DNA from: a virus
Lineage: Duplodnaviria > Caudoviricetes
DNA length: 36,076 nt
Reading direction: 5' to 3' (one strand)
IMG/VR virus record: IMGVR_UViG_3300027679_000017
Location: 1 to 36,076 of that record
The first letter of the stretch is position 1. Each line of letters starts with the position of its first letter. The notes beneath the pieces were generated by a model that ran no database searches, had not been told where the DNA came from, and saw only the letters and a list, made by a program, of their open reading frames with translations. Both the position numbers and the translations under genes were made by a program. This document shows, piece after piece, positions 16,949 to 25,477 of this stretch.

Positions 16949-18271
16949 TCTTCGCACCTTTCCGAATCCACCCCCTCGGAATCCGGCCACCACTCTGGTC
17001 GCTTCGTGCCGCTCGGCTTTGCGTGGGATCGCGGATCGGTCGATCACCATGCCTCTTTTAATAGCTTGGTGAGAGAGCGAGAACGCATCAGCGTAATGGC
17101 TCGACCAGTCATGCACCGGCACATCCTTTATCGTGACGCCATCACGCTCCTCCTTGGCGTGATAGGCATCGAGCGCCTCAAGTCCATCAGCGCATCCAGA
17201 CTCATTGATTGAGATGCGAGGGAACGCATCGTTGGCAAGATTGATGCCATCCCATACCGAGAGTTGCCTCGGCACAGGGCAGACGCCGGTCAACCCGCTG
17301 CGACCGAGCGCCTCCTGCCAGAGTCCTCCGACTTCCGCTGCGGCGTCATGCGGGATGAAGTGACCACCGTAGCCGTACTGGCGATCCTTGAGCCGTGCAG
17401 CCCAGTCTGCGGGCGTAGCGCACTCATCGGACCCAGAGAGCGCCTCGATGTAATTGATGCGGTCACCGACCATCTGCCAGACCCACACCTTCTGGTTCAG
17501 CGGAGCGCCCACATCCCAGCTTGTGTAGACCGGCAGTTCTTTGAACCAGAGGATGTCGTTGGTCACCCGCTTCTCAGCGCGGGCCTTTTCGAGGTTCCTC
17601 ACATAGATCGCACCCGGACGTCCCACATTGAAACTGCACTCGTACTCTTGCTGGTAGGCATTCTCGGTCGTGCCTTTTCTAATGTCATCGAGTTCGGCAG
17701 CAGGAATGATCCCCGACTCGCTCGCACGTTGCATGAGGGAGAACCACTCGGTGTCCGCGCAGGCGCGATTCCATTGCTTCCAGAAGAGATTCCTGCCCTT
17801 CGGCGTGCCGACCCATGTCGCCCATCCATTGTAGTCGGTGAGCGTTGGCCGGATGACATTGTCCCATGCCGCTGGATCGAGATCAGCGGCCTCGTCCATC
17901 ACCACGCCATCGAGGTAGATGCCGCGCAGGCGCTCAAACGCTTCGCCAGAGTAGAGTCGGATGGTCGCGCCATTGTGAAAGGTGATCGCCAAATCCGCCT
18001 TGTTCACCACCACGCCGGGGATTTGAGAAGTGAATTGGACGAGGTATTTCCACGCGATGTCCTTGGCCTGCTCGCGGGTCGGAGCCACATAGGCATATCG
18101 GAGCGGTGGCCCGCTGCGCTTATGCTGGAGCGCCTTCACGATGAGGTCTTGGATGCAAACGAAGCTCTTGCCAGCGCGGCGATGCAAGACCATCACGGCC
18201 CAGCGTTGCGTTCGGTGCAGATAGCTCGCGAGTTGCGGTCGCGGGACGATGGAGATGTTAATTTTGGCCAC
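16946..18271 (-). CDS. terL: Terminase large subunit
   Basis: Walker A HRRAGKS, YVAPTREQAK, LRGIYLDGVVMDE (Walker B), GTPKG, and nuclease motifs WDVG and SHYADA. Confidence 0.95.
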   Translation of the reverse strand: MAKINISIVPRPQLASYLHRTQRWAVMVLHRRAGKSFVCIQDLIVKALQHKRSGPPLRYAYVAPTREQAKDIAWKYLVQFTSQIPGVVVNKADLAITFHNGATIRLYSGEAFERLRGIYLDGVVMDEAADLDPAAWDNVIRPTLTDYNGWATWVGTPKGRNLFWKQWNRACADTEWFSLMQRASESGIIPAAELDDIRKGTTENAYQQEYECSFNVGRPGAIYVRNLEKARAEKRVTNDILWFKELPVYTSWDVGAPLNQKVWVWQMVGDRINYIEALSGSDECATPADWAARLKDRQYGYGGHFIPHDAAAEVGGLWQEALGRSGLTGVCPVPRQLSVWDGINLANDAFPRISINESGCADGLEALDAYHAKEERDGVTIKDVPVHDWSSHYADAFSLSHQAIKRGMVIDRSAIPRKAERHEATRVVAGFRGGGFGKVRR

Positions 18272-18632
18272 CGATGGTGAGGTTGATTTCCAACGCTCCG
18301 ACGATGTCTAGCTTTTCCGGCTCATTCCATCCCATCGCCTTCGCGAGCATCTCACCGTATTTCGCGCAGGTTGAGGATTCCGGTGGCATTTCCATGAACC
18401 GCTCGCGGAGTGTTTCAAGGTATGTCTCTCGCTTGTAGGTCATCTTCGATTCCACCTTGGCGCGGAGTTCTTCCACTCTCTTAGTGATATCAACATTTTT
18501 CAACAATCGCTCACCTCCCTGTCCTGCTCCATTTTCGGAGTAACCGGCTTTGAGATAGGCTTGCGTGATTGAGAGACCGCTCGCATATGCTTGGCAGAAC
18601 GCTTCTTGTTTGGGGTTGATCTTCATGTTCAT
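18258..18632 (-). CDS. terS: Terminase small subunit
   Basis: NPKQEAFCQAYASGLSITQAYLKAGYS...RLLKN HTH pattern, directly upstream of terL. Confidence 0.88.
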   Translation of the reverse strand: MNMKINPKQEAFCQAYASGLSITQAYLKAGYSENGAGQGGERLLKNVDITKRVEELRAKVESKMTYKRETYLETLRERFMEMPPESSTCAKYGEMLAKAMGWNEPEKLDIVGALEINLTIGGQN

Positions 18633-19057
18633 TCGGTATCAGTCGAAACTTGTCTTGACAAGAACGGAGTTCCCCCTTTTATAATCCCCACAGCTTCGCG
18701 TATTTCAATGGTCGTCATTTCTTGCGCTTTGGTTTTGACTTTGACTTGGCGGAACGTGATTTCGATGGTTTCCGGGTCGTCGTCTTCGATGAGTTTGGCG
18801 TAGCGCAACTGGTCGATGAGAGGCTTGCAACCGCCCGCATAATTATCGGCATCGAGGAGCCGCACGGCATTGCGCGTAATGATGAGAGAAGTGCGAGGCG
18901 TGCGCGTTTTTTCTCCTTTTGGAGGAGGGTCCAGTGCTGGCCGAGCAGCCGGTTGAGGCTTGGGGTTGTGTAGCCCGGCAGTTGAAGAGTGAGAGTATGA
19001 GCCATCTGGGTTTGGTTTGTAGCCGAGCTTTTCGAGTTGGTCATGTGTCCAGTTCAC
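18629..19057 (-). CDS. RusA-like Holliday junction resolvase
   Basis: RLLDADNYAGGCKPLIDQLRYAKLIEDDDP matches the D.DN...K...D.L...I.DD motif. GTG 19057 overlaps the upstream stop. Confidence 0.7.
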   Translation of the reverse strand: MNWTHDQLEKLGYKPNPDGSYSHSSTAGLHNPKPQPAARPALDPPPKGEKTRTPRTSLIITRNAVRLLDADNYAGGCKPLIDQLRYAKLIEDDDPETIEITFRQVKVKTKAQEMTTIEIREAVGIIKGGTPFLSRQVSTDTE

Positions 19058-19257
19058 TGCGCCTCCCAAGGAAACGCGCACCCCGCTTTGTTTTTGCCAC
19101 TGCTGGCGTAATACGATGAGCGGAAACTATGCGCTGCCTCCCTCGCCTCGTCTCGCTCACGCTCAAGCTGTCTTGCGTGCCGCCATATAACCGGATGAGA
19201 GAACTTTGCCGCACTTCCAAGTTCATTTTCAAGATGATCTGTTTCTGGTGTATTCAT
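19054..19257 (-). CDS. Hypothetical protein (67 aa)
   Basis: TPETD...ARQLERERDEAR, a common phage small-protein pattern; tight packing. Confidence 0.65.
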   Translation of the reverse strand: MNTPETDHLENELGSAAKFSHPVIWRHARQLERERDEAREAAHSFRSSYYASSGKNKAGCAFPWEAQ

Positions 19258-19260
19258 AAT

Positions 19261-19461
19261 TTAAAATAAAAATTCTTTGCGGCGACGAGCGGCTTCGATT
19301 TTGCGGCGTTCCGGCGTTGATTGCCAAAAGCGTTTGCAGGCGGCGTCAATGTCGCCCTCCAGTTTCGCCCACCACCTGTCCGCCCGGTCGGAGCCGCAGG
19401 ATTCTGTCCCTGCGGCCCCTTGGCAGACGATATCCCGATTAGAACGAGATTTCTTCTTCAT
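19261..19461 (-). CDS. Hypothetical protein (66 aa)
   Basis: MKKKSRSNRDIVCQG...RRRKEFLF; fills the gap between neighbours. Confidence 0.5.
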   Translation of the reverse strand: MKKKSRSNRDIVCQGAAGTESCGSDRADRWWAKLEGDIDAACKRFWQSTPERRKIEAARRRKEFLF

Positions 19462-19906
19462 TGCGGGCGATTTTGAGGCGTTTGTTAAGGGTGGCGATGC
19501 GGGATTGATCGAGGGGTTCCACTGCACCTTCCAGCGGGTTCAGCCACTTGATCTTGAATCTGGCCTCTCCGTTGTATTCCTCGGCCTCGATTGTGAGGCG
19601 GCACTGCTTACCGATGAACGGAGACTTGCCAGAAGAGAGCGAGTTGATATCCCAATCGTTTCCGAATGCTTCATCCAGCGTGTCGCAGGTCCGTTTCACC
19701 GCCTTCTCCGATAGCCATCCCTGCCAGACGATTTCGCGTCCATGCTGGTCGCTGGCCGGATCGTCAATGAGGAGCGGGAGACGGATGAAATCCGTGCCGG
19801 TTTTCGTCTTGCCGAGCCATCCGTTGCCGGGTTGCTTCACCTTGGCAATGAATTTGCCTGCCGAGGTGACGTATTTACTTTGTTCTGCTAGTTCGTGTGT
19901 TGTCAT
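19439..19906 (-). CDS. Putative single-stranded DNA-binding protein (DUF669-like)
   Basis: GKFIAKV......KTKTGTDFIRL...EEYNGEARFKIKWLN with an acidic/aromatic tail (EEEISF). Confidence 0.6.
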   Translation of the reverse strand: MTTHELAEQSKYVTSAGKFIAKVKQPGNGWLGKTKTGTDFIRLPLLIDDPASDQHGREIVWQGWLSEKAVKRTCDTLDEAFGNDWDINSLSSGKSPFIGKQCRLTIEAEEYNGEARFKIKWLNPLEGAVEPLDQSRIATLNKRLKIARNEEEISF

Positions 19907-20574
19907 GTTGTTTGGTTGTTTATGTTGGGGAGATTGGTATCAGTCAAAACTTTGTTATTTCGCGATAAAAGGTCTTCTTTGTCGTTGTAAATGGATTCTA
20001 TGTGAGAAACCCATGTCCATCCTTTCCAAGTTCCCGAAATGCGTTTTCGAGTTTCAGACGGGCGAAGCATTCCAATGCCGCGCAATGCCTTTACTGGTAC
20101 ATCGTCTGGATGGAATAGATGTTGGTGCTGTCGAATAAACTCCGCCAAATTCACAAAATAAAATGTTACATTAGATGGGCTTCGGATGTGCCATTTTCTA
20201 CCAGCATGATGCTTTATTCCTTTTTGGCATTTTTTACTTTGAGCCAATGCTTTTCGCATTTTTTTAAACGCTTCGGCAGCAAGTGGACTCTCTTTTAGTG
20301 ATTGGCGGGCGCGTTCCCTTACTTCTGGTCGCTGAAGTAATTTAGCATTTTGCTTAGCGGACGCTTTGTGTTTTTCAGATTTTTGTTTTGCAGCCGTGCA
20401 TTTTTCGCGCATTTCTTTTGTTTGAAAGTGCTTTCCATTGTGCGTCTCTTTGAATAATTTTGACGCTTTTCTGTTTGCAATGTTCTTTGCAGCCAAAACT
20501 GGATCAGTCCAAAACCTTTTAGCGTTCGCAATAGCCGCTTTTAATGAATTTTGGTTAGTTTTCTTCGCCTTCAT
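19903..20574 (-). CDS. Basic protein resembling homing-endonuclease DNA-binding regions (NUMOD-like); no nuclease motif seen
   Basis: Lys-rich helical repeats, then W.IRSP....YF.NL..F.R.H...WKGW. Visibly AT-richer than its neighbours. Confidence 0.5.
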   Translation of the reverse strand: MKAKKTNQNSLKAAIANAKRFWTDPVLAAKNIANRKASKLFKETHNGKHFQTKEMREKCTAAKQKSEKHKASAKQNAKLLQRPEVRERARQSLKESPLAAEAFKKMRKALAQSKKCQKGIKHHAGRKWHIRSPSNVTFYFVNLAEFIRQHQHLFHPDDVPVKALRGIGMLRPSETRKRISGTWKGWTWVSHIESIYNDKEDLLSRNNKVLTDTNLPNINNQTT

Positions 20575-21266
20575 ATCGTCACAATATTCGTAAACTCCGA
20601 TAACCGCCGGAGGATCGGCTCGCCCCTGTCGGACGAGAGCATTTTTCTGAGGTCACCCTTGACGGCATTCGCCGTCCAGATGATGGGCAGTTCGTGGGAG
20701 GATCGGTGTTCAAGGAGGTCGAAGAGTTCCAACTCGCTGCGCTCGGTCATCTTCTGCTTACCGAGGTCATCGAGGAGCAGCACTTTGGTGCGGCGGCAGC
20801 GGGTGAGCGTGTCCTCGGCCAGCGCCTTGGATTGGTTGTCGTCATGCCACTGGTCGGCGCAGGCTTTAGCGAATGCCGTTGAGGTTATCCCGAAGACGCG
20901 CAGCCCGCTGAAATGCAGTCGCTTGAGCAGTATCCATGCCGCTCTGGTCTTACCGCAGCCCGCAGGGCCGATGAGTCCCATTCCGACTGGATTATACTGC
21001 CATGCCTCGCATTCGCGCAGGAAGGTGCTTGGAATGCGTCCGAGGTCGCTTTGGCGGTAGAGTGGTGGACAGAGGGCATTGAATGCCTCCTGCCGCCTCT
21101 CCTGCTCTTCTGCGGCCTGCTCCTCGCGGAGCTTCTCGGAATGCCGAGCGAGGCAGTCCTCGCACAGCACTCGGAGGTTCGGGAAGTAGCGTGACACGTT
21201 CTCATCTGGTAGCGGGACCGACTCGAAACATTCCTCGCTCGCACAGGGTTGGTAGGTCATTACCAT
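20571..21266 (-). CDS. DnaC/IstB-like AAA+ helicase loader
   Basis: N-terminal Cys cluster, Walker A GPAGCGKT, LLLDDLGK, IIWTAN, ILRRL. Start is ATG 21266 or 21260. Confidence 0.88.
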   Translation of the reverse strand: MVMTYQPCASEECFESVPLPDENVSRYFPNLRVLCEDCLARHSEKLREEQAAEEQERRQEAFNALCPPLYRQSDLGRIPSTFLRECEAWQYNPVGMGLIGPAGCGKTRAAWILLKRLHFSGLRVFGITSTAFAKACADQWHDDNQSKALAEDTLTRCRRTKVLLLDDLGKQKMTERSELELFDLLEHRSSHELPIIWTANAVKGDLRKMLSSDRGEPILRRLSEFTNIVTI

Positions 21267-21943
21267 TGCTCTACCTCCTCGACCTTGGCAGGGGCCAATG
21301 CCGGTTCCACCTTGTTGAGCCAGCCGATGACAAACATCCGGGTCTTCTTGCGTCCGGGGCGGGCGAGAAGCCATGCATCCATTTTGCGGCTTTCCGCATC
21401 CACATCGACATTCGGGTAGTGCCTCCGCATTTCAGCCCAGAACTCCTCATCGAGGAGATAGGATTTTTTCGGAGCGCCTACTTCTACTTTAGTAGAAGTA
21501 TTAGAAGATGAAGATGAAGAAGAAGAAGAAGGGGTTGGCTTTTGCTTAACCTCGTTGGATAAGCAAACGCTAACCTTATGGTTATCCTTCAAGGTTGGGT
21601 TGCCTCCGAGGTGACCACACGCAGCCCTCTTATTACGAAGCTCTTCGTCCCGAATCATCCGGCGCGAAAAGATCACACCCTCCTCGTCGGTCTCGAAAAC
21701 GCCAGCCTCGGCGAGTTCTGCCAGACACCCTTCCGTTTCCTGCAAGGTTAGCCCGCACATACGAGCAAGGTTGGGAGCAAGGATAACCTTATGGTTAACC
21801 TTGAGGTAACCATAGGGTGAACCTTCATGCATGAAGCAAAGGATATCCATCCAGAGTCCGCGAGCCGCCGCGCTACAGGACCGCAGCCCTGTGTCGCGCA
21901 GCCAGTCTCCGGGGTAGAATTGAAATGCTGGGCGCTTAGTCAT
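21260..21943 (-). CDS. Phage replication initiator protein
   Basis: KRPAFQFYPGDWLRD...ARGLWMDILC.M, SRRMIRD, G.LGGNP and a poly-Ser linker; directly upstream of the DnaC-like gene. Confidence 0.8.
   Translation of the reverse strand: MTKRPAFQFYPGDWLRDTGLRSCSAAARGLWMDILCFMHEGSPYGYLKVNHKVILAPNLARMCGLTLQETEGCLAELAEAGVFETDEEGVIFSRRMIRDEELRNKRAACGHLGGNPTLKDNHKVSVCLSNEVKQKPTPSSSSSSSSSNTSTKVEVGAPKKSYLLDEEFWAEMRRHYPNVDVDAESRKMDAWLLARPGRKKTRMFVIGWLNKVEPALAPAKVEEVEQW
21502..21826. other. Probable replication origin inside the initiator gene (iteron-like repeats plus purine tract)
   Basis: TAACCTTATGGTTA at 21571-21584 and 21784-21797; further TAACC/GAACC starts at 21796, 21807 and 21819; GAAGAT/GAAGAA tract at about 21504-21530. 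Lambdoid origins lie inside the initiator gene. Confidence 0.55.
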
Positions 21944-22994
21944 TGGAGTTCCTTCCAAAGAGTTCTGAATGCTCGTTCTGCTGTTGCTGGCACGACTCCG
22001 TTTCCAAGCAGCCGGAGTTCGTCTGTACGGTTGTCACAGGAGACTTGCAACTCGGCATTGTCCAGCCTATCGGAAGTCCCATCAGCGTCTCCACCCAGCG
22101 CGGGTTGAGCTTGCCCGCCTGCGTCCTCTCCACCATCGGCGTCAGTTCCTTGTATTCCCGTTCCTCGTTGCCCCTGCCGCTCTTGTGGTCGCGGGCTGTT
22201 GGCGTTGCCCATTGCTCCTCCTTCCACACTTGTGTCGCAATACTCTCTCCGCCCCGCTTGTCGTTCCAATGCTCGCCGTATTCTGGATGCATCGACGCCA
22301 TCGCGCTGCGCGGCGTTGCCCACAACTCTTGGCGGTTCCCATCCGTGCTGGGGTTCTCCGGGTCGGGAAGGCCAGAGTGTTCGGCAAGGTACCCCGCTTC
22401 CTCTATGCTCCCGTGGTATCCCGTCTTCTCGATCCTCCCGCCACAGCATCCCATTGATGCTCCCTTGTGCATATTGAGTCTCGGTGACGGCCATGATGAA
22501 CACTCGCTTTCTCTGATGAGGTGCGCCGACTTCACGCGCACTGAATATTCCCCACGACACCTTGTAACCCATTGATTCCAGTTCTCCAACGACCTCTCGG
22601 AGTCCAAGACTGATGTGTCCTTCGACGTTCTCGAAAAAACACATTCTTGGTTGAAGAAGTCGAATTCCGTCTGCGATCCAAGGCCAGAGGTGTCTGGGGT
22701 CTTCTTTTCCTGCTCGTTTTCCTGCGGCAGAGAACGGCTGGCAAGGGTATCCCGCAACGAGGATGTCCACCAATCCGTGAAACGATTCGTATGGGAAGGT
22801 TTTAAGATCGTTCCAAATAGGTGCGACATCCATGAGTCCTTTTTCCATTTTACTGATGAGATTGGCTTGAGCAAACCCCTCAAGTTCACAATATGCGAGG
22901 GTACGCATTCGGCCTCCAAAAATGTTTTTGAGTCCAAGTCCAATGCCGCCATATCCGGCGCACATTTCAATAGTTGTGATGGCATTATCCACAT
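21936..22994 (-). CDS. Overlapping-frame methyltransferase partner (motif IX-bearing beta-type polypeptide)
   Basis: Second open frame over the whole MTase gene with WPSP, WATP, WATPTARDHKSG and LNPRWVETLMGLPIGWT. The true start is uncertain. Confidence 0.65.
   Translation of the reverse strand: MWIMPSQLLKCAPDMAALDLDSKTFLEAECVPSHIVNLRGLLKPISSVKWKKDSWMSHLFGTILKPSHTNRFTDWWTSSLRDTLASRSLPQENEQEKKTPDTSGLGSQTEFDFFNQECVFSRTSKDTSVLDSERSLENWNQWVTRCRGEYSVRVKSAHLIRESECSSWPSPRLNMHKGASMGCCGGRIEKTGYHGSIEEAGYLAEHSGLPDPENPSTDGNRQELWATPRSAMASMHPEYGEHWNDKRGGESIATQVWKEEQWATPTARDHKSGRGNEEREYKELTPMVERTQAGKLNPRWVETLMGLPIGWTMPSCKSPVTTVQTNSGCLETESCQQQQNEHSELFGRNSND
21940..22992 (-). CDS. DNA (cytosine-5) methyltransferase, alpha-type polypeptide (motifs I-VIII and X)
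   Basis: EMCAGYGG (I), GYPCQPFS (IV), ENV (VI), HQRKRVF (VIII), LGNGVVP (X). Confidence 0.9.
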   Translation of the reverse strand: MDNAITTIEMCAGYGGIGLGLKNIFGGRMRTLAYCELEGFAQANLISKMEKGLMDVAPIWNDLKTFPYESFHGLVDILVAGYPCQPFSAAGKRAGKEDPRHLWPWIADGIRLLQPRMCFFENVEGHISLGLREVVGELESMGYKVSWGIFSAREVGAPHQRKRVFIMAVTETQYAQGSINGMLWREDREDGIPREHRGSGVPCRTLWPSRPGEPQHGWEPPRVVGNAAQRDGVDASRIRRALERQAGRREYCDTSVEGGAMGNANSPRPQERQGQRGTGIQGTDADGGEDAGGQAQPALGGDADGTSDRLDNAELQVSCDNRTDELRLLGNGVVPATAERAFRTLWKELQ

Positions 22995-23227
22995 GACACC
23001 TCCAGCGAATACTCCGCGACCCGCTTGCCCGTAGGTGTCACAACTTTCTTCTCGGTGATCGGCCATCCCGCCTTGCGAAGCTCGCAGACGCGAGCCGCCA
23101 GCCGGAAGCAACCAAATAGATTCAGCGCCGATATCGGCGTCACCCGGTTGCCACCACGCAGGTAGCCCAGTATCGCGTTCGCCTGCGTTGGTCGCGAGTG
23201 ACCGAATTCTAGTTCTGGCTGGGTCAT
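22985..23227 (-). CDS. Small winged-HTH DNA-binding protein
   Basis: TQANAILGYLRGGNRVTPISALNLFGCFRLAARVCELRKAGWPI...VAEYSL. Confidence 0.8.
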   Translation of the reverse strand: MTQPELEFGHSRPTQANAILGYLRGGNRVTPISALNLFGCFRLAARVCELRKAGWPITEKKVVTPTGKRVAEYSLEVSCG

Positions 23228-24252
23228 TTCACCCTCGCTTTCTTCTTGTCCGCAACCAGCTTGACGATGTCCTTGCCGACGATGGCCTTCTCCTCGCTAA
23301 CCTTCACACCCATCTTAGCGCACCATTCGCGGAACTTTGTGCCGGTCATTTTCCCGCCGCAGTTGGCGACCAGATCATCGAGACCCGACTTTCCGGCCAC
23401 CGCAGCCGAGACAATGGCGAGACGGTCGAAATGCTCGCGGCCCGCCTCCTCTTGGAGCTTCCACCCCGGCACAACCACATGAGCATGCAACATCAGCGCC
23501 TTGGCTTTTATTTTGAGATCATCGACGAAATCCTCAAAGATGGCGTTCGTTGTAAGGAAAGTCCCCAGCCTCTCCGGGTCTGCCAGCAAACCAACCTTCA
23601 GCGCCTCCAGTGAGACGCCACTCGGTTGAGATTCCACCACCGCCAGCGTCTCCACCACGGGAGCCGTGCGGGACACACAAGTGTCCTTCTTAATACACCA
23701 TGAGCAGTACTCATTCGCGCAGGGTTGCTTGTTTGGATCGTTCGCTGAATCCACGATCCCCTTCACCCATTGCTCGGCCTCATCGTAAGTGTAGCGGTAG
23801 TGGACAACCTCCTGCTGGTCACAAAAAAGCAGCACGCACTCCCACTTGTCGGTGAACGTGCGAGCCATGTTGCCGAGGGCGTATGCCGCCTGTTGTTTAT
23901 GGTACGAACGTAATTGTCCCGACTTTAGGTCCATGCTCAAGCAAAGCGCCTCCACACGCGCATCCTCAGTCCCCACATGGGAGAGGTGCGGGGTCACAAC
24001 TTTGAGACGTGCCTCGTCGGAGATGATCTCATGGTAACATGCAACGTCCTTGGCAGTCTGTACCGCCCACATCACCGAGTCCTGCTCCAAGTCGGAGAGC
24101 GCCAAAAATGGCTGGCGCTCGCCCATGAGAAGACCCCGGAAGGCCAAATCCATACGAGTCCCACGCTCTGCCGCAGGGCCAGAGACGGGGTTGCTTTCAA
24201 AGCAAGGACACAGGTCGAGCTTGTCGAGAGCGGAGTGTCTGATGGCGCTCAT
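23224..24252 (-). CDS. PD-(D/E)XK (RecB/Cas4-like) nuclease, recombination partner
   Basis: R.S.L...CP, AERGTRM, GTEDA...DLKSG...QQAAYALG, and C..YCSWC; adjacent to the RecT-like gene. Confidence 0.75.
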   Translation of the reverse strand: MSAIRHSALDKLDLCPCFESNPVSGPAAERGTRMDLAFRGLLMGERQPFLALSDLEQDSVMWAVQTAKDVACYHEIISDEARLKVVTPHLSHVGTEDARVEALCLSMDLKSGQLRSYHKQQAAYALGNMARTFTDKWECVLLFCDQQEVVHYRYTYDEAEQWVKGIVDSANDPNKQPCANEYCSWCIKKDTCVSRTAPVVETLAVVESQPSGVSLEALKVGLLADPERLGTFLTTNAIFEDFVDDLKIKAKALMLHAHVVVPGWKLQEEAGREHFDRLAIVSAAVAGKSGLDDLVANCGGKMTGTKFREWCAKMGVKVSEEKAIVGKDIVKLVADKKKARVK

Positions 24253-25133
24253 TATGCGACCTCCTTCAGCACAGCTTCCAAGAATCGTGGCGTGTTCGAC
24301 AGCACCCGGTTGCGGTAGCCCTCATCCGAGATGTCGCGGAAGGTCTGCCCCTCGGCGATCTGGCCTTTGGCCCGCAGGAACGCATTCACCTTCGCCGCAT
24401 GCTTCTTGCGAACCTTCACAATCTCGTCCTCTGTGAGGCCCGCATCGATGATGAGGTTCGTGAAAATGCCCTTCTCCAACTCGTCCGCCCAAGTATCATT
24501 TGATACCACCTCGGCCTCGATGACAGGTGTCGCAGGAACTGCAACAGGCTCGACCACGGCCTCTACACATTTCGGTTCTTCAATCCACCCGGTAGCAAGC
24601 TCTACCTTCACTGAGCGTGGCGCTGATCTAGGCGCATCAAACTCGCCAACCTCCTCCGGCGTATACATCCCGTTGAGTACCGCAGGGAATGTCGCACGGA
24701 CCCCCTCCGAGATCACCCGCGCCCGCAGCATTTGCCGTGGATACGAGCGCCAGTTGTCCTTGCCTCCCAGCCCCGCCGCCTTGGCCCTCGGCATGTCCCA
24801 GTCGATGCGGAGCGATCCGCCCGCAGGGTGGCTGAATGTTGCCGCCACCTTCTCGTTCGTATGGTCGTGCCATTCCACCCGCCCGCCGCTCTGCTGGAAC
24901 CTCGCCAGCATCGAGTCGCTCTTGAGCGAGGCGCGGCCTTGGATGATATGGTAGTCGCTCGCCACCGATCCGGGGTGACGACCTTCGGCGGTCGCCACGA
25001 TCATCAAGGCGAGTGCTTGATCCGCTGTCTTCATTCCGAAGAGACCCGATTTCACGATGGCGTTGGCCATCACCTGCATGTCGCCCAAGGCGACTTGTGT
25101 GTTGACTTGTTGTGTCAGTTGTGTATTACTCAT
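24252..25133 (-). CDS. RecT/Red-beta-like single-strand annealing protein
   Basis: MANAIVKSGLFG...HIIQGRASL...AKAAGLGGKDNWRSYPRQMLRARVISEGVRATFP...G.YTPEE. Confidence 0.8.
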   Translation of the reverse strand: MSNTQLTQQVNTQVALGDMQVMANAIVKSGLFGMKTADQALALMIVATAEGRHPGSVASDYHIIQGRASLKSDSMLARFQQSGGRVEWHDHTNEKVAATFSHPAGGSLRIDWDMPRAKAAGLGGKDNWRSYPRQMLRARVISEGVRATFPAVLNGMYTPEEVGEFDAPRSAPRSVKVELATGWIEEPKCVEAVVEPVAVPATPVIEAEVVSNDTWADELEKGIFTNLIIDAGLTEDEIVKVRKKHAAKVNAFLRAKGQIAEGQTFRDISDEGYRNRVLSNTPRFLEAVLKEVA

Positions 25134-25217
25134 GTTGTTATTACTGCGTTCTTGTGGTTGTGACTTGACCCCGTTGGCTTGCCCGCCTTCGGGGTCGTTT
25201 TCTTGTGGTGAGGACGA

Positions 25218-25370
25218 TCAGTCCTCGAAATCTTCAAATTCTCTCCACCGGCGCTTGCGCTCTGCATGGCGGCGATACCTCGCGAGAATGTCTGCCTGTC
25301 CCAGCCTATAGCTGGCGTAGCAGGAACCGAGGGTGAGGACTGCGAGAGCGAGGCCAAACGTGGCGCTCAT
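25218..25370 (-). CDS. Small membrane-anchored protein (50 aa)
   Basis: MSATFGLALAVLTLGSCYASYRLG...; ATGA-coupled to the upstream mini-gene. Confidence 0.55.
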   Translation of the reverse strand: MSATFGLALAVLTLGSCYASYRLGQADILARYRRHAERKRRWREFEDFED

Positions 25371-25477
25371 TTCGAGACCCTCCACGCGACCGCGACCAAT
25401 GCGAGTGCCGGTCCCACGGAGCAAAGGAAATCAAGGAAGTAGCCGATGGATCGGCAGACGTAATCGGGGTCGCTCAC
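25367..25477 (-). CDS. Small hydrophobic protein (36 aa, below track cutoff)
   Basis: Own translation MSDPDYVCRSIGYFLDFLCSVGPALALVAVAWRVSK*. GTGA and ATGA overlaps at both ends, with AGGAGG upstream. Confidence 0.55.
   Translation of the reverse strand: MSDPDYVCRSIGYFLDFLCSVGPALALVAVAWRVSK

Noticed and set aside
20490-20515. Extra degenerate copies of the 15-bp motif (also near 26287 and 27133)
   Set aside because: They have three or more mismatches or an indel, so they were not counted.
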